The translations under genes were made by a program, and so were the position numbers. Positions 60,530 through 64,000 of a stretch of 64,000 nucleotides of DNA are shown here, one piece after another. The notes under the pieces are model-generated. The model made no database searches and was not told where the DNA came from. It worked only from the letters and a program-made list of their open reading frames with translations. Position 1 is the first letter of the stretch, and each line of letters begins with the position of its first letter. The stretch is from Chiloscyllium plagiosum (lineage: Eukaryota). The DNA is taken from assembly GCF_004010195.1 (NCBI RefSeq), contig NC_057719.1, positions 6,842,740 through 6,906,739 of the forward strand. The letters run 5' to 3'.

Positions 60530-62436
60530 AGAAACACCTGTCAGTGCCACTGATTTGTGTCCCCTACCACAGTCAATCGCTTGGAACATGATGTTCCCCT
60601 CATTACATTAAAGCCAGTCTCGGTACCAGAATTTTTGCTGTTCTTACTACGTTCCCTGAGAGTCCATCACTCTCTCCAATTTCCAAAACAGGATACTAGT
60701 TTGAGATGGGAATACCCACAGGACACTCTTGGACGACCTGCCTCCCCCTCCTACCTTTCCTGCAGGTAACCCATCCTCTGATTGATTGATTATTTGCAGT
60801 TTTTCTCCCTTCCTCTAATTGCCATCCATCATGCCTCCTTGCTCCTTTAAGTTCCTCATTGCCTCTAACTGCCACTCCATCTGATCTGACAGGATTCGCA
60901 ATCAAACACACTGCAGACATAATCATCATGAAAACTCTCCCTAATCTCCCACATGTGACAGGAAGAGCACATTGCTCTGTTAAAGGCTATCTTTGCATCT
61001 TGACAATCTACAGACCAGAAAATAATAGTCTTGCGTCTCTTTTAAAAAAAACTGTTCCAGGCTAACTTAGTACCTATGTTTTATACTTTTAAAATTCAAT
61101 CAAGCAACAGATCTCAATAAAACATATGTTATGACACTGGGTAAACCTCTCTGCTAAGTTCGACACAGAGAAGCTCACCTTGCTCTGTAGTCTGTTAAAT
61201 TTTGAGAGGCAAAGATCCATCCTGTAGGTCACTATTTAAAGTAAAAATTAACAATTTTATTCTTTGGTAAGACCAACAGAGAATATTAAAGCAACAGCTA
61301 TTTACAGCTCCTTTCTCTTAAACCTATCTTTTGCCTCCCACTCTACAATACTGGTCCGATTTTTTAAAAAAAAGACCCAATTAAGATTTACAAAAAATTA
61401 ATCATGTTTCAAAACCAATTGGCTTTGTAGATTCTTCTTTGTAGATTCTTCTTTGTAGATTTTTTTCTCTGTAGACTTCTGTCCGTCTGTATTTTCCTCG
61501 GTCGCCTTTTCTTCGGTCTTCTGCATAGCATTTCTTATGAACAGCTTTTTCGATTCTCCTTTGTAGATTTTCCTCTGTATTTTGCTGGGTTGTCTCTTCG
61601 GTCTTCAGCACAACTTTTCTTTATGGGCTTTCAGAGAGCTATGCGGCCAGCAATCTGTACTTATTGGCACTCGTGGCTGTTCTCTCCCTAACTGTTCAAA
61701 ATGTCAGGTTATATACCCCAAAACATCAGATTATTTCATTGGTTTTATGTCATCCCAAACAGTAAAATTCAAATTTGATTGTATTCTGGTATCTGGGGCA
61801 CAATTTAAACTGGCTGAATTTGAATTTGGTTTTGTTCCATGGCAAAGCAACGCTGGTATTTGTTTCAACCAAATGTTACATTTTTAAATTGTTCAGGACA
61901 CCGTGCTTTCAGTCCGTCCTTCCTAGCTTCCTCTCTCTTAAAGGTACATTACACACCTATACCTTCATAATCCTATAATCAAATAAGAACCCATTCTACT
62001 TGTTAATTTAGATTTACAAAGAAAAAGAACAGTAAAGTTATACTTAAAAACTATACACTTAGCTGGTTCTATACTGTGAACTCTCCCACACATTCCTCCA
62101 AGGTCATCTTTGAATTTAACTGTTTGTTTTCTTAGATGCACTCCGATGTCGAGAGATACTTGACCTCAAACAGCAAAGGTTGTAGCTGTACAGATTCACC
62201 GCTGTAGGTTTCTTGTTTTATTCTCTGACCATGTTGTCATTGCCTTTGTCTCTTCCTCCTTTTTAAACTGCCAATGTTTTGACCTATTTCTTAGAAGTTC
62301 TAAAACAATGCAACAGATTATAAAACAGTTATTATTACTCCTGGAATTCAAGGAAACTAGCTCCAACCCCTTTTTAAAAAAAGAAGCTCATGCAGCCACA
62401 ATTCTTTCCCATCCTCCATCTTGCATTACCCAGGAT
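60530..62436 (-). mobile_element. CR1 5' UTR plus ORF1 remnant, interrupted by an LTR
   Basis: CSSCHMWE zinc-finger-like start near 60945-60970; WVTCRKGRRGRQVVQECPVGIPISN ORF1 motif; 5' end matches 112-327. Confidence 0.75.
61127..61972 (-). mobile_element. Probable solo LTR with internal tandem repeats
   Basis: TGTTATGA...TCATAA inverted termini, minus-strand AATAAA near 61257, tttgtagattcttc repeats at 61425-61460; CR1 sequence continues on both sides. Confidence 0.6.
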
Positions 62437-62820
62437 GCTTTTCTTTGGATTTTCACATATTTGATAGCACTGCGATAACATGTGTTTCTTCAACATGAAT
62501 TGGTTTTAATACACTTGAAGAATTTAGACCGTTATTTGTAGAAAGTGAACTTTCCTTATCTGTATTGGCTATAACGCGATACTAGCCCCATTAGTTTACA
62601 TAAAGTGGCAATTGTGAGATTTTCTTAGTGAGATGGCACTAGAACGGATCCTTTTTGATTAAAACATTTGGAATTCATTGCACTTTTGTTAATTTTCAAT
62701 TTGCTTTGTAGTCAAAGTTTGTCTCTTTCTGCTGGGATAGTTAAAATCTTTGCAATATTATTATTTGTCCTTTAAGCTAATCAGCCACAGGGGTCATCAC
62801 TTTAGTTCAGCCTAAAACCA

Positions 62821-63800
62821 GTCATAGAGTTATATAACACAGAAACAGACCCTTCGGTCCGACCGGTCCATGCAAACATAATACCAAACTAAACTGGCCC
62901 CACCTGCCTGCTCCTGGCCCATATCTCTCCAAAGATGTCCGATCCATGTACTTATCCAAATATCTTCTAAGTATTGTATCTGTGCTCACGTCCACTACAT
63001 ACTCCGGAAGTTTATTCCACAAACTAATCACCCTCTCTGGTAAAACATTTGTCCCAGATGTCTTTTTGCAATCTCTGTCTCCTCTCATCTTTAAAAATGT
63101 GCCTGCTAGTCTTGAAATCCTCCATCCGAGCAGGAAAAAAACATCTACCATTAACCCTATCCATTCTCTTAATGATTTTCTACAACTCTATCAGGTCACC
63201 TCTCAGCCTCCTATACTCCAGTGAGAAATGTCCCAGCCTATCCAGCCATTATCCAGCGTTTCTCTTCTGAACCCTCTCCTGTTTAATAATATCCTTCCTA
63301 TAACTGGGCAACCAGAACTGGGCACAGTTCTCCAATACTCCAGAAGAGCCCTCACCAGTATCCTATGCATCCTCAACATAATGTCCTACCTCCAGTGTTC
63401 TGAGCAATGAAGACAAGTGTGCTAAATGCCTATCTATATTTGACGCAAACTTCAAAGCATTATGTGCCTGCACCCCTCGGGTCCTGTCTTCTGCAACACT
63501 ACCTAGGTTCCTATTATTAATTGTATAAATCCTGCCCATTTGTACCAAAATGCAATACATAGTTCAATCTGGATAAACACAATTTGCCGTATTTCAGCCC
63601 ATTTGATCAAGATCCCTTTGTAATCTTATATAACCATTTTCATTGTCTACTATGCTATCAGTTTGGGTGTCATCTGCAAGCTTACTAGCCATGCCTTCTA
63701 TATTCTCATCCAAGTAATTTATATAAATAAGCAAGAAAAGAGGACCCAGAACTGATTCTTGTGAAACACAACTGATGACGAGCCTTCAGTCCGAATCTGA
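62821..63800 (-). mobile_element. CR1 RT-to-3' end
   Basis: gtcatagag tail; ERVISLWNKLPEYVVD, KLADDT motif near 63670. Confidence 0.88.
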
Positions 63801-63804
63801 AATC

Positions 63805-63985
63805 CTGGTTTGTACATATCGAGCGGGGGTATTGGATAGCAATTTGATGAGACTGGTTTTATACTCTGAAGTTTAGAATAGTTAAGGTGATCTAATTGTA
63901 ACGATGTTCTGAGCAGATGTAGTTGGGAAAGAAGTTGTTTCCCTTGGCTAGAGAATGAGAATGGAGGTGAGGGGTGGGGTATTTA
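63805..63985 (+). mobile_element. Old CR1 3' fragment
   Basis: tactctgaagtttagaatagttaaggtgatctaattg...ttgtttcccttggc. Confidence 0.5.
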
Positions 63986-64000
63986 GGAGGATTGTGAATC

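Overview
Eukaryotic, gene-poor, repeat-dense DNA, almost certainly from a cartilaginous fish: it carries HE1-type V-SINEs with their CR1 (HER1-like) partner LINEs and a SacSINE1-like DeuSINE. I can support no intact host protein-coding gene, and essentially every ORF in the supplied track is a decayed retroelement fragment or noise. The window is a nested pile of CR1, L1, Rex1/Babar, RTE, L2 and Penelope-like (PLE) retroelements, SINEs and two probable solo LTRs, with a 919-N gap at 18617-19535. The most interesting signal is a set of very short (about 90-230 bp) Penelope pLTR-derived insertions. They carry a minimal type I hammerhead-ribozyme core (CTGANGA-A-stem II-GAAA-palindromic stem III), several have clean 9-15 bp target-site duplications, the youngest subfamily shares one boundary with microhomology to the target, and two form near-perfect fold-back palindromes. 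Also notable are a single-ORF LINE whose 5' end is a tRNA-derived SINE head, short microinversions inside repeats, and a weak candidate alternative promoter/first exon near 3 kb. Repeat family names come from recalled motif similarity, not database searches, and most boundaries are approximate.
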